NCBI GenBank assembly: GCA_028023455.1
Contig: JAQFVV010000009.1
Location: 868,001-932,000, forward strand
Source: Epiperipatus broadwayi
Lineage: Eukaryota > Animalia > Onychophora
DNA length: 64,000 nt
Direction of reading: 5' to 3'
Positions 39,877-56,500 of the stretch are shown piece by piece. The translations under genes and the position numbers were made by a program. The notes under the pieces were generated by a model. It saw only the letters and a list, made by a program, of their open reading frames with translations. It searched no databases and had not been told where the DNA came from. The first letter of the stretch is position 1. The number at the start of each line of letters is the position of its first letter.

Positions 39877-41029
39877 TACAGTATTTATATATAACTTTTA
39901 GACAATAATTACATATTTAAAAAAATTGAAGTTAATATTAATTATATTTAGTTATTAGAATTTTTTTAAATAAATAATCTTATCATTAATTTTTTTTTAT
40001 TTATTTATTATGAAAAATAAAAGAAATTAGATTGGTTTTATTTATTAGTGACAAATTTTATGCTTGAGTTATCTCCAAAAATGTTAAAATTACTGTATTA
40101 ACTAATATAAACTTGCGACCTATTTTCTAAACTGTTAAGCAGTTTAATAGAAATCAAATTTAGATTTTTTTGTATATAAAGCTAAAATTTAAATCCAAAT
40201 GACTGATCAGAATCAGAGTCATGATCCCTCTTACAAAAAAATATTATTTTCATTTAATATCATAAATAATGTAATAGTTAGCAAAAACAATTTAACCATA
40301 GTAACTGACAATTCTGCTTATAATATCTGTTACCATATTGAGTTATTCAAATAATAAGAACAACAATATCAATATATTCACTAGGGATCATTTGACAAGT
40401 TAAAGTCTTTAATGCAACTCATTCTAACAAACTGTTTACATATTTTTCGCCAAGTTTGAACCATAGATAGAATTTCTACTATACAAGATTTGCTTTTTTG
40501 AGAAATATTATTTTTAATAATTGTGAACGATTTTTAGAATTTAAAGTATTTATTAATCCAAGTATAAAATTTATTAATAACATCTTCCATATTAATTTAT
40601 ATCAATGGTCACTTTTAATTAAAATACAAACAGGCTTCATTCTTAATTCTGCTTTCAGGATGTTTTTTTTAAAAGACAAACTAATTCTTGCATGTATACT
40701 TCTACAATTAATTCTAATAAATTACAAAAATAAAAACTATTCATGCTAATACATTACAAATCAGTTCTGAATATAATTACAAAAACTAATTCATAACATT
40801 ATTTAACTACAAAAAATATAGAATTTTTTAATATTGAAAATCAGCAAGAAAATACTTTAATGCTTATCTTGTAAATAAATATACCTATGATTGATGGAAT
40901 TAAACAATGAGATCTGCATACTTTTCTGAAAGTTTATGATGATGGTATTTCACTTATATATTCAACTATTTTGGTCATCTACAATTACTTGTTGTATGAC
41001 TTTAAAAAAATTCATATTGATTTAAATTT

Positions 41030-41180
41030 TCAAATTCATTCAGCTGTTAGTAATAACACATAGGTTAGTATATAACACAATGTTTGGAGTGTTCTTATTC
41101 TCTCTTCTTCTGACCAGTGAAAGTATTAGCATGAAAATCAAATGTAGAAACTTAATGATCTAATCAATTAAGCTATTGAG
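41030..41180 (-). mobile_element. Family E, degenerate copy
   Basis: GTTAGTAATAACACATAGGTTAGTATATAACACAATGTTT... matches 13150-13240; retains AGAAGAAGAG...AAACATTGTG of the motif. Confidence 0.55.
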
Positions 41181-41710
41181 TCAAAGGCAAAAGTCAGTAG
41201 AAATTTTATATATTTATTTATGAAAGACATTCTGATTTCTTTTTTTCTTAAGTACAAAGTTAATAAATGAATCCCAAATATGGTGAATTATCACACTATA
41301 CTGACTTATGGGATTATTTGTTGATTATATGTGAGCTGCATTTTTAATTTTTTTTTCCTCTCTGTCTAATATTCTTATCTTTTCCTAATTTAACATATTG
41401 ACATAGAAAATGTCATCTATTTTTTGGTCAGCCATGAGGTTATAGACATGGGTAAGAGCTAGTTAACAGTAATTATGAGGCTGAATAATAAACAGTAACA
41501 TTAATTCTTTAATATAAGGGTTACTAAAAATAATATTTCAAAATAATTTTTTAGAAATAATAATGTAATAGGTTTTATTATTAAAATATGAATGGTTTAA
41601 ATTTAAAAAAATAAATAAATTATAAATTAGACTAAAATAATGTAGCTAGTTTCTTATCAGAAATTAAGATTTAGAATTAAAACATATATATCTAAAAGAA
41701 TGTATGATGG

Positions 41711-41916
41711 ACACACAGAGACAAAACTCTCCATATAGTAGCGCCACCAAGTGCAAGCCAGAGTAATCAATGGATGCATGAAAATTTGTGCATAAAATTC
41801 CTATCTAATGCTTATCTAGTGCACTGACTGGCACTACTGTATGGAGAGTTTTGCCATTGTGAAAAACAGCTTGTGTAAGCATAAAGAATGGTGATCATGT
41901 AATGTATGTTGGAATT
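41711..41916. mobile_element. Family C, 5'-inverted insertion
   Basis: CAAAACTCTCCATATAGTAG... paired with ...CTACTGTATGGAGAGTTTTG and the family 3' end. Candidate TSD TATGATGG (41703-41710, 41917-41924). Confidence 0.75.
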
Positions 41917-42409
41917 TATGATGGTATGTGTTTGTTTTAAAAGCAAAGTAATTAAAGTAGGTTAATATAAAAAAGTAGACTTTTAAGAAAAATAAGAGAT
42001 AAAAATTTATTTTAATTTTAAGATTGCATTTTTGTGTTAGTGACAATAGAATAAGAAAACAAGATTTGTATGATTATACTCCCCTATTTTCTTATTATAT
42101 ATATTCAAATGATTATGTGTTGAATAAAGTATTGAGTTTGTATTTCTCTACTCCCCAAGCTTTAGTTATCTAAGAATAATAACAATGTACTCCTTTGTAT
42201 TATATTATTTAAATTATAAATCATATATTAAGAAATTGTGTGCTAATTTCAATGTAGATATATCTTATTATATTATTTGCTACAACCGTATTATTATTCC
42301 TTTCAGAAGCAATCATTACCCCTAGTATATATCACTGATTAGTAAATCCAAGTTTCAAGAGGTTTTTTCTTTATTTATTTATATAATACCTGGAGCTTAA
42401 TTATAAATA

Positions 42410-42700
42410 TAGAGGATTTGAACACAGACTTTCAAGCACTCTTCAACTATCCACCCTATCTCATATCACTGATACACATGACCACTCACATGTAGAAAAG
42501 CTAAATAATCAACAACATATGTATTTCATGCTAAATCAGCACTCATCAGTTGGTCCAAATCACCATCTCCTACACACATATATATATATAATCAGATTTT
42601 CAATGGTATGGATGGCTGAAGAGTTGGAATAGATGGAAGCCTGTCCATTAAAGTATGAAAATTTGCTGTCTAAATATAAACTGATTATTTAACTGGTGAT
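42410..42700. mobile_element. Family D, inverted fragments
   Basis: - copy at 42410-42590 with hammerhead ACCAA-CTGATGA-GTGCTG ATT TAGCAT-GAAA-TACATA-TG (G17), followed by a + fragment at 42592-42700. Confidence 0.75.
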
Positions 42701-42704
42701 TATT

Positions 42705-45530
42705 TTTCGGTTGCCGACCCCTTTACCAAAAACGTTTAAAACATTGACCTCTTAGTCATTTACTTTACTTACTCAAATTAATATATTTGTACAGTGCTCG
42801 ATATTAAAATATTTCACTAAATATCAAACTTTTCATTTTAATCACTTCTAATTAATGATTGAAAAAGATAAAAGGACTACGGAATATGGGATTATCTTGT
42901 GCAACATTTAATATCGAAACCCGCACTAACAGAAATTAAAGCAAAAAAAATACGAGCAGTATTGTTTTTTAATTTTTGACATTTATGAAATAAATATGTA
43001 AATTCAAAATAAGTATAAATATTGAAATCATTTTATTAAACATAAAAATGAAATGAAAAAAATCAACATATTCAGACAGAATTAAATATCAAACAACAAC
43101 AAATGGTTTTAATCAGAATTATAAAAATAAGAAAACCAAATAAATTAGCTTGGAAAACTGAATTTAATGAGATGGGTGCAGCTTATCTATGTCCAATTTT
43201 AAATTAGTGAGTTGCATTCTCAAATCTCCAGGTTTAGTGATATGCCATCAATATCTGTTCTGAAGAAGGTTTAAAACTATACTAAAGCCTCTCTCTACCA
43301 GATATGACATGATGGAAATGCCAACAAATACTTTTGTACTACAGTCCATAAAGCCAGGTATAGAAGTGGAATATCTTATTGCAAACAAAACTTTTGATAA
43401 TTCAGTTTGAATTGTGCCTTGAGATCTTCATTCATACTGATGGTTATCAGCTCATCTTGCAAAATTATATTTGGTTCTGAATTAGTAGTGTATGAGTTTA
43501 TTATCCTTGCCAGTATTTCCAATGATAGAATAGCTTTGAACCTAGTTTTGAAATCTAAGTGATGAGCCTCCAAGTGGTTGATGTACAGCAATAAGTTTTC
43601 TTTTTGGATTGTGCCTATCTTAGCTCAGATCTTACAATATTTTGCTTAAAAAACATTAATCTGGCAACAAAAGCCAATATGACTGATTTTGCTTTGATGA
43701 GATTCAAATTGTCTCCTTGCAGTTGTAAATTAACATCATTAAATTTGCCAAAATAAGTCAGTTAAATAAGCAATATCTGTTTTATTCTTAAGTAAAAAAA
43801 ATTTCAAACTGGAATCTTCGTCTTCCAAAAATTCTAAAACAGATTAAAAAGTGCAAAAAATCTTGCCAAGCATAAACATTTGAAAGCCAGAAGACTTTGG
43901 TATGAAGAACTAATCAATAGAAATCTTTATCACTTTCCTCACAAAATTGAAAGAACAGTCTAGTGTTCAAAGCGTTACTTCAAATTTGTTCACAGGTGTT
44001 ATGACAAACTGAAGTGATTGATGCAATTTGTCACTAAGGTGCTTAGCTACTAAATGCTGCCTATGTATTATACAGTGAACTGCAAGAACTTCAGGTATGT
44101 GTTGTTTCAGGTAAGTTATGAAACTGTGATAACAACCAACCATAGCAGGTGCTCCATCTGTTGCAACAGATATATTTGTCAATGGAATCACTTTTTCTCT
44201 GAAAAATAGCTCCATTAAATTTAAAAAAATATTTGCCTCTGCAGTTCTTTATGCACTTCCTGATCTTGAATAAAATGAATGTATGCCAGCAACAAGGCTT
44301 CATTACCGAGTAAGGTTAACTCATCCAATTGGAGGGAAAAAATGTTATTTTTTTTTGCAAATGATTACACAGTTTTCCATATCATTACTCATTTCATTGA
44401 TACATCTTTGAACTGTGTTATTGCTCAAATGAATCCTTTTTATAATATCTTGTGCAGATTTGTGAAGTACAGTGTTCAATATCTCAATGACAGCTGGTAA
44501 AATCAGTTTCTCCCCTATAATGTGTGACTTGCCAGACTTCACAATGAGTAGGTATATGTTGTATGATACCCTTAAACTATCATCATTTTGCTTTGATAAT
44601 AAAACAAACATATTATTTATCATAGTTCTCTTCAGAATTTTATCTTTAAGTGGTTGAAAGTATGACAAATCTTTTTCTTTTTTGTAAGAGCGAATTCTAT
44701 TCAAGTGATCTGCTAATTTTGATCATTTCAGGGCATCATTGCTAAAGACTTTTTCACATAAGAGGCACATTGGTAAATGTTTGTTTGATAAAGATAGAAC
44801 AAATCCTAGCTTCAAATAGTTCAAGCTGTGCTGTCTACATTTCTTTTTTGGTTCAGTCATATTATTAGCATAAGAAACAACTTTTTTTTATTAACAAACA
44901 ATTTCCACAGCCTCTATAATGAAAAAAAAAAACACTATGAATTTATTTGAAACAGAAGATTTTTGTTCAAACTTGAATGAATAAACTGTCTTCTGATTTT
45001 CTTTTTCATAGTACTGCTCCTCAATAAATAATTATATTCAAAGTTGAAATTACAAATAAATACATATCACATCAAATGAACCAATTTAAAATGTTTTATG
45101 CAAGCATGACCACATAAGACTGATAAATTCTGCTAATATTGAATATCGTCTCATCCCACCATGAACAAGTATGGATATGCAATGGTTTTTTATGTCAACA
45201 CTTGCATAGATACATTCAATAAGATGATGCACAGACATCTTTGTGATACATGTATTTTCTTGCATTCTTACATGTGACTCAAATCTTTTCATTTGCAAGT
45301 TTGGTATGTAATGTGTTTTTAGCAAAAAAGTGTTTTTCTTAATTATTTTATTTCTTAATTAGATATCTTTTTGAGTCATAGATATATTTTGAAGTAACAA
45401 ACAAATAGAAGTAGTAAGGAGGTCTATTTTTGCTGTCATCGATCCCCACATTTTTTTATTGATATTATTGACCCCTAGAAAGTTCAAATTGATCCCAGGG
45501 TATTGATACTGACTACTTTGGCAACTCTTG
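42705..45530 (-). mobile_element. hAT DNA transposon, Buster/Charlie-type, decayed
   Basis: 5' end CAAGAGTTGCCAAAGTAGTC (from 45530 downward) resembles hAT termini. The 3' end near 42705 is eroded. Contains a transposase remnant. Confidence 0.75.
43164..44860 (-). pseudogene. Disrupted hAT transposase (BED finger, DDE core, C-terminal dimerisation region)
   Basis: MTEPKKKCRQHSLNYLKLGF..PMCL, SGKSHIIGEKLILPA, LSNNTVQRCINEMS, VATDGAPAMVG, HCIIHRQHL, and C-terminal GDLRMQLT..HPSH*. Multiple stops and frameshifts. Confidence 0.85.
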
Positions 45531-46509
45531 ACCTAAATATACCACACGTATAATATATTATATCTAACTGGTGTATTAAGTGATGTAAAGGTTTTTTTAA
45601 TTTATTTTTATTGTAAATAGTAGTAGTAAATAATTTATATATTTGTTAAGTTGTAAACTAAAGGAAACTAAATTTAGCCATTGTAATAAATATTGATTTT
45701 ATCCTTTGATTACATCTCTGTGTCTATTGCCATCTGTCACATTCATATATCAGAAAATCCATTTAAATAATAAAAATGTTTAAAGTGTATATAAGAATAC
45801 ATATTATTTTTGAAATTGTCCCATTGATACAATTCATGCAATCCATTAAATATTCAAACAGATTTATATAAGATTACTTTATTGATGTGCTTGCTGTTAG
45901 AGTACTTAGAGATGTGTTTAATACAACAAAATGCCCTTTTGCCTACTTCATCACATTAGCTTTACTATTGTCAGATAATTATTTTAGATTAAAAAAAACT
46001 TGATTTTGTTTAGCCAGAGATTTAAGAACCAACAAAAAAAGAGTTACTCTTTGCTGGCCAATATGTTTAAACGCATCTTTAGATATATTTGTACTTTATT
46101 ATAATGAAAGATGTTAAGAAAATAAAAGTTTCATTGTTATTGCTGCTAATTAGTTAAAAAAATGCAAATTATTTTATTATTTTAGACTATCATTGCAAAG
46201 TTAGAATTCTTTACAACAGAATTATTTAATATTTAAGAGGCTGAGGTTACTATTACTATTACTTATCATTTGTAGAATTTAACTATGAATTGTAAATCAA
46301 CCATTGGTCTATCTACCTCTTGTAAGAATGTATTTATTACTGTGTGCTTAGTCCATGAGAGGACTTACTTAGCTATTATTCTCTAACCTTATGAGGGGGC
46401 TTACCTGAGGTTATATTAGAGATCTTTATGCTGGTTTAGACCTAAGTTTAGACATATACTTTTTGCTTGATGGTTACGTGGTCACCTTCTGAAAGGTTAC
46501 ATTTGTGGG

Positions 46510-46527
46510 TTGTGCCCAACATGGGGC
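46510..46527 (+). promoter_or_regulatory. tRNA-Lys primer binding site of the Gypsy element
   Basis: TTGTGCCCAACATGGGGC matches TGGCGCCCAACGTGGGGC at 15/18; two of the three differences are CpG transitions. Confidence 0.7.
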
Positions 46528-46983
46528 ATGATTAATTGCTTAGGGATAATATATCCTTATGGATTTAATGCTGCAAATGAATCTTGTTAGTTGGTTATGA
46601 CTTAGGTCTTCAATTTATTTAAAAATATATTTTTTCCAATTTTAAAAACATCTATTAAAATTTATTAATTGCATGAATACTTACATGGTATTATTTAAAT
46701 ATGAAATAGATCATGTGACTTGTACTCTGTAATAATAATAAAACATTAAATTGTTTTTCTTTCTCAATGTTATGCTTAATTTCAAAATATTTCATATAAA
46801 ATTTTTTGGTGACAATGGCAATTGTAATATTCCACAATGGTAATATTCCAATAATGTAATAATATGTTTCTTTTGTAATTAATGTATAAAACACCAATGT
46901 TATTAGAAGTCCATAAATTATTGTGATGGCAAAAATTTAAATTATAGTTCATTTTATTTTTATATAGCGCGATGTTTATAAAC

Positions 46984-47162
46984 TGTAATATTTAAACAGC
47001 ATTAAGCTGTTGCACATGCGCTTTGAAGATTTTAACTATAAATGAATGAATACTATCTTTTCCAAAGACTTTATCATGTGTTTGAAGTGTTAGTATTCAT
47101 TCATTTATAGTTAAAATCTTCAAAGTGCATGTGCAACAGCTTAATGATGTTTAAATATTACA
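46984..47162. repeat. Near-perfect 72-bp-arm hairpin
   Basis: 46984-47055 is the reverse complement of 47091-47162 with about 2 mismatches and a 35-nt loop. Ends are TGTAAT...ATTACA. Confidence 0.85.
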
Positions 47163-50100
47163 ATAATTATAGTTGTAAAAACTATGTATTTTTATCTCCA
47201 GTTAACTTGATGTAGATATGAGGGTTATTGTATATAGTAGTAATTTGGAGATTGGTTTGCTTGGATATATTATAAATTATAAATATTGTTATAAGGTTTT
47301 GATAGTTTATGAATATAATTTTATCATAGTTATTTAGAAAGATGAGTGATGCCGAAGAAATCAATGATCTCGAGGAGATCCAAAAAATGGCAACTCCTAG
47401 TTTTCAAGCCTGACTTATGCTGATGTTATAATCTTTTGAGAGGATATTTGCTGATCATTTTAAGAAATTAAAAAAAATGAAGGAGTCTCAATCTCAAGAA
47501 TTTAAAGAAATGAAGGAATCTTTTGAGAATAAATTAGATATTATTGAGAGCCAATTGATCAAATTTCAAGTATCTTTTGAAAACGGGCTAATTGGATCAT
47601 AGGCATTTTTAGAAACTAAAATAGAGAAAGCCAGATTAGAAATTAATTATCAAAATGACAAAAGGGACTCAGATAAAAAATTGGAAGAGATAAAAGATAG
47701 TTTTATGAGTTATAGAATGAAGTTGGAAGATATGTTGAAAAAACTAGAAATTAAAATGATAGAATCAAACAAACATCAGATCAGGTTAGTATTGTAAATT
47801 ACAAATTTTAAAATAAAGAGCTACAGTCAAATCAGTTCATCAATCATTTTAAAGTGGAGTTAGAAATTAAAGAATATTAGTGGTCATTTGGCCATTGAGA
47901 TGAATATGTCTAAATCCAAAGAGGATCAAATCCAAAGCAAAATTGAATTGAAAGAGACTAGAAAAGGAATGGCTGAGATTATAAATGAATCTAAGGCTGA
48001 AATAAAGGAGTCAAGAAAAACCAATGCAAAACTTAGTGGCAATTTAAAAAAATCAAAAGGAAATGAAGGAAGTACTGATAAAGTGCCAAGAGTGTCCAGA
48101 TCAATTAAAGGAGAAAAGATTAGGCATTTTAGATGAATTGGATAAAGTTTGAGAATGAACAAGGAAATGCAGTTAGAGGCTATATTTCAGGATATTTAGT
48201 AGAAGGTCTTAGAAATTCAGATTGCTAAGGGAAAGAGCTATGATTCTAGATTTTATGTACATAGAACTGAGATACATATTAAAGAGGTATTTAAATTAAG
48301 TAGTGATGCTACAACTCCCAGTCAGGACCAAGTGTTTGCCAAGTTATTAATGGAGAATAGTTATGTAGTCCAGAATATAAAGAATGAGGATGTACTTGTG
48401 AGTAGTTCAATGGTTTTTAAATTTGAGAATTAAGCCCCTTTGGAGGGAACATTTGGAAAATCTTTCAAAGTTTCTTCAAAGCCTTGAAATACTGTTTGCT
48501 ATATGCTCCTTTATAAAGAAAAGAAATTTGTCATATCTAGCAATCACCTTTATGTCACTGCAAAGGACTGGTAGCAGTTTCTGTTGATCATTCTCAAATA
48601 TAGGGAGACTTCAAATAGTTTCTGGGGTGAAGATTGTCAGGATAACATATGCTATCAAATCACCCTAGAAAAGTATGCTACACATAAGGGTAGTTACACA
48701 CTGTTTTTCCATAATCAGGCAGTTAAGCTAAGACTTTGACAGCTTTTCTCTTATATGAGCATCAGATTGTCAGGATTATCTGGCACAACTTGCCTCAGCA
48801 AATTGAGAACATTTTAATTGTTGCTGATAGATATACTATTGAAGTGTTTGAGATCCTGGATGCTGTTGAGACAAGTGAGCATAACTCTGAAACTAGATAT
48901 AAAAGTATAAGAGATGCTCAAGATTCTCATAGTTACCCTGTTGCCAATATTAATTTTGTGATTATAGGGAAACCTAATTGTAATAGAATACATCAAAGTA
49001 GAAGACATAGACAATCAGCCCCTTATTACAAAATTTAATAATTACTCCAATGTTGTGTAAGGATTAAGTGATGGTAAGCTGTTAACTAGTGTGGTTCAAA
49101 CTACTCCCAAAAAAATTATTAAAATATCTAATATAAAAAGAGTGCATAGTAGAGAAGGCCTCATGAAAAAGTTCCTCACTGTGGATGCCTCATACTAACT
49201 TAAGGAACAATGATAGTGGAAGGTAAGTACTATAAATTTATTAGAACCTCCTATTTTGTACAATTGCTCCATTATTAAAGTTTCTATTGAGAGTGTTATT
49301 GTTAATGCTTTGTTAAAGTCATAAAATCAAGCATCAATATTATCCTCAATTACTTCTGATAGTTATAAGTGCAAATAAGTCTTTGTTACCTGTAAAACAA
49401 ATTCAGGTTACATTGGCAAATGAAAAAAGGATGAAGCTTTCAAACAAGTAAATCTGGCTTAATGTAAATATCAATAAATCTGAATTTGGGCAGGTCTTTT
49501 TAATAATGCCTGATTTTATTCATGAAACTATAATTGGTTCTGACTTTAAAAATAAACTTTTTACTTGGAAGAATGAAATATGTGATTATTGTGATAATGT
49601 AGGTTTTCATTAAACTCACTTTATGTGTGTACATAAAGCTGAAATTAAGTTAAATATAAAAATTAAATTAAATAGTTCTAATGTTCTAAATTTAGTTGTA
49701 AAGAGCAATTATATCAATTGGTGTTTCAGTACAGAAATATATTTTCAAAAATACTAGGCATAGTAAAAGGTTATATCCATTGGATAAAATGAAAAGTTGA
49801 AGTATCTTTCCAAACAGCAAATGTACTCAATTCCATATCAATACCAAGCAGAAGCACAACAGAAAATCAATAAAATAATTGAATGGCATATTGTTAAGAA
49901 AAGCTCTTCAGTCTATGTTAATCCCCTTGTTATTGTAAGGTAAAAAAATGGCTGTCAGGATTTGCCTAGATGCTCATGTGCTGAATCAATTGACTATTCT
50001 AGAGCATGATATTATTTCACCTGTCCATGAACTATTGATCAATTTCAGAAATAAAACCACTTTTACAACATTTGATTTAACTGCCAGTTATTGGCAAATT

Positions 50101-50761
50101 CCACTGCATGTTGATAACCAAAGTACACTGCTTTCAGTTATGAAGGCCAGTTTTATATTTTTGAGGGGTGGAGCTGTCTTAACAATCAAGTGTTTGAATA
50201 TGATTTTTTCCAGTCAATTAAAAGAAAAAATCATTATGTATTTGGACGATATTATTATCGCATTGAAAGTGTGAATGAGCATCTAGAGTTTAAAGTTATT
50301 TTTCTATGAGTCTTCTGTAAATAATATTAAGAATAATATAGAAAAATGTACTTTTGCTGCCATGGAAATAACTTTTCTAGGTCATTTAATAAATGACCAG
50401 GGGATCAAATTCCATTCTGAGAAAATTGGAACCATTCAGAACTTTCCCATGTCTAAAACCAAGAAACAACTTAAATCATTCCTCAGTCTATGTCATTATT
50501 ATCACAAGTTTTACAGAAATTTTGTCTGTGATACTGTTTTATTGTCAGTATTGTTAAAAAAGAATGAGAAATGGAAGTAAAATATTGAACATATATTAGA
50601 ATTCAACAAGATCAAGATTATATTCTTAGAAAGAGCTATTTTATCTGTAAACTGACAGTAATAATCATGGATTAGGAGTAATCTTATACCAATTAGATGA
50701 TTTACAAAAGCTCCAAATTCTGCATTTATTAAATAGGTACTCGAAAGGGCCTGAATTGAAC

Positions 50762-53544
<2,783 letters not shown>

Positions 53545-56500
53545 TATTGTAATTATTAAGTAAAACAAAAAATGTAAGTGTAAAATTTAATATAATTATA
53601 AAAGTAAATTTGTACAATTGTAATTACAATATGAATTATGTATGATTTAGATATAATTATAGTATACTATTTCTCTGTAATCACATATATTTAAATATTT
53701 TTGAAACTGTAAAAAAAAAAAGAATAAAAACTTGACTAAAGAAACAATATGTCACATTAAGTAAAATGTAAATTAAGAGTTGATAATTATAAATGTGCTG
53801 TTATCTAAATGACTTGTTGCAAACCAGTCGTTATACTGATATATTCATATTTAGATCCAGATGCATGCTTGAATTTATTTACATTTTTGTTCTCTTATTC
53901 TAATTGAAAAGAACCTATTTTCTCTGATTATAAAGGATCTAAAATTGAATGGGCAGATAAATTATAAGACTGTGAAACATGTTTAGATTACTTTATAATT
54001 AACACATATAGCATAGATGCATTTAAAGGTTTGCATGAGGTAATATACATTATCTGTTTTACATGAGCAATTACTTTAAATGTTTCAACTATATTGGACT
54101 TCATATTTTTAAAGTAGAACAAAGATGTATGCAGATAATGCATATTTTATTACTAGAAAAATTGGTTGGGAATTACCAATATTTTTTAACTATGTTTTTG
54201 TTTCTAATAGACTCTCATAATTGGGGTAGAAAATATTTTTCATAATATCTGTAGATTACAAGATGTTAAAGTTGCTTACATAAAATTTTACTACTAGATA
54301 GACTATTGCTAAAAGTGAGAATTAATGATGGAGTACCTAGATTATGTATATTATAATGGTCAGAAGAAATCTCACAACCCTATCTGCCATGCCAGGGTAT
54401 CATTAGGTTATTGAAGTCTAAAAAAATGTATAAAGGCAGCAGATACATATGGTTGAAGTCCATCTTTTATCTAACTAAATGCCCCAGTTTCAAGTTCTTG
54501 GAGAAACAAAGCCTAATGATATAACATTGTAAATTTAAAATTTCTAATTCTTCATTTTCAAAATATTATTAATAACAAATATAAAATAAGCCACTGCTAA
54601 AACTAAACAAAACATTTTTTATAACACACACATACATTCCAAAAATTCTGAGAACTAAATTAACTATTAAATGTATTTCATTTATGTTACATGTGCAGAT
54701 GGATGAATTCAGTATATGTAGTATTTTGACAAGTGTAAATACACTGCACAGAACACACATTTAAATGACTCAAATATTTTAACTCCAGACCAAAAGTTTG
54801 CATCCAAAACAATGCTAGCTTACTGATATATGATGTGACCAATACAAAATGAGAATGTTAGCATAAAAAATCATGCTGATAGGAATTTACATGTAGCAAA
54901 ATATCATTAGAAAAACAATGATCCTCATCCAGTACAGGAATGAGTGTCTGTCTGGCAAGATAATCATCTGAAATATATTTGAAAAGAAATGCTCTATAAT
55001 GGAGAATAGTGGTCTTAGCCAGCATACTGTCCCAACCAGAGTATAAGAAATCAACGGCATAGGAAATATGTCTATGATCATTGGCAACATGTTGGCTACC
55101 ATTTTACTTGGTCATGCATACATTTGGGTGATATACCCTGTATTCTAATGTGGCACAAGGAAATGAAAATTGAATTCATCTCCCCAGATTACATTGACAT
55201 AAAACACCCATACATCCCTCCGCCAACACTGATTCAACTATGAAACAATTAATCCAAAATTAACATACTTAAACTAACATAATCTTAAACAAATCTATGC
55301 AGCCACTTATACCTATATTTAAATTGGTTAATTTAATTTAATTTACCAAGAATGGAAATAATAGTAGCAAATATATTATACATAAAAATATTAATGAGTA
55401 ATTTAGAAGTTATTTAGTTGGACAAGAGATTTCTTTTAGGAGTTAATTGACATTTAAAATTAGTACTTGAAAAGTTCATATTTTCATTTAAAAGTCCAAA
55501 TCTCATTTTTAAAGAAAAACATTCATACTTTCTATGGTGTTGATTTACTAGAGTCCATCTTTGTGGTTCTTGATGCACCACATCGCTTAGTTCAAAGTTC
55601 TGTCCATTATATATTAATATTGATAATAGTGGAGATGAATCCATTACTTGCCATTTTTCAGGAACCATCACTCTGGAAGCCACTTCAGTTAGTGCAAATA
55701 TGGGAAATAAAATTTATTACATGACCTCTACATTGTGGAGATCCACAATACATTAATCAAATATTTTAAATTAAACATATAATCAGCAAGAGCAATCTAA
55801 AGAATCTAGCAAAAGTTTTCTTTATTTCTTTTTATATCATTTCGAATTGCTTATCATTAAATTCCAGGATCAATCTTGCCTGGCTTGCTGCTGTTCTTAT
55901 TGGTGATGATTTTTCTATGCAGACCATGTGTCCATTCGCATTGTTATTGACCAGTTTGCTTTAGAGTGGGAACATCAGATTTTATTACTAATAATTTTTA
56001 ATTGATCTTTTATCTGACTTATAATCAGTTAAATGCCCCAAGGGCCTGTTTGCTATTACATCATTACATTTTAATAGAAAATCATTTCAATCCTACTAAG
56101 ATTAAAAATAACTTTTAACAGAAAATAAATTAACAGCTTTTATTATTTTCTTTTACATTCCTTCAAGTAATCTTTTATCTTTAGACTTTTAACTTTAACT
56201 TACTTTAAGTAATTATTTAATTAGTTTACCATCTGTGCACTTTGTATATATATTGATTTAAATAGATTTCATTTATTTAATTTTTATATTTTTATTTGAG
56301 GGCGATTTTATTTATTGATCTTTTTTCCTTTTATTTAAAAGTGATGTAACAGATTACCAGTATATCATTACAATATATATATATATTGTAAGGTATAGCC
56401 TTACATTCTTCCAATATTATTTACACACCCTTTTTACCTAATTCGAATCCAAGTCCCAATATAATAACATTCTCTACCAACAACCACATTAATGAAAATA

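Larger units (their letters stand above)
46291..50750 (+). mobile_element. Ty3/Gypsy LTR retrotransposon, 3'-truncated and decayed
   Basis: LTR-like end GGTTACA at 46501 followed by a PBS. Coiled-coil gag-like region from about 47340. RT motifs VRICLDAHVLN, FDLTASYWQI, YLDDIII, FLGH and KTKKQLKSFL. RNase H start TDSNNHGLGVILYQ (50651-50692). No integrase or 3' LTR seen; LTR start uncertain (TGTAA at 46291 or 46321). Confidence 0.85.

Noticed and set aside
54887-55970. Short ORFs and possible exons at 54.9-56.0 kb
   Set aside because: No consistent acceptor, open frame and donor, and no recognisable domain.
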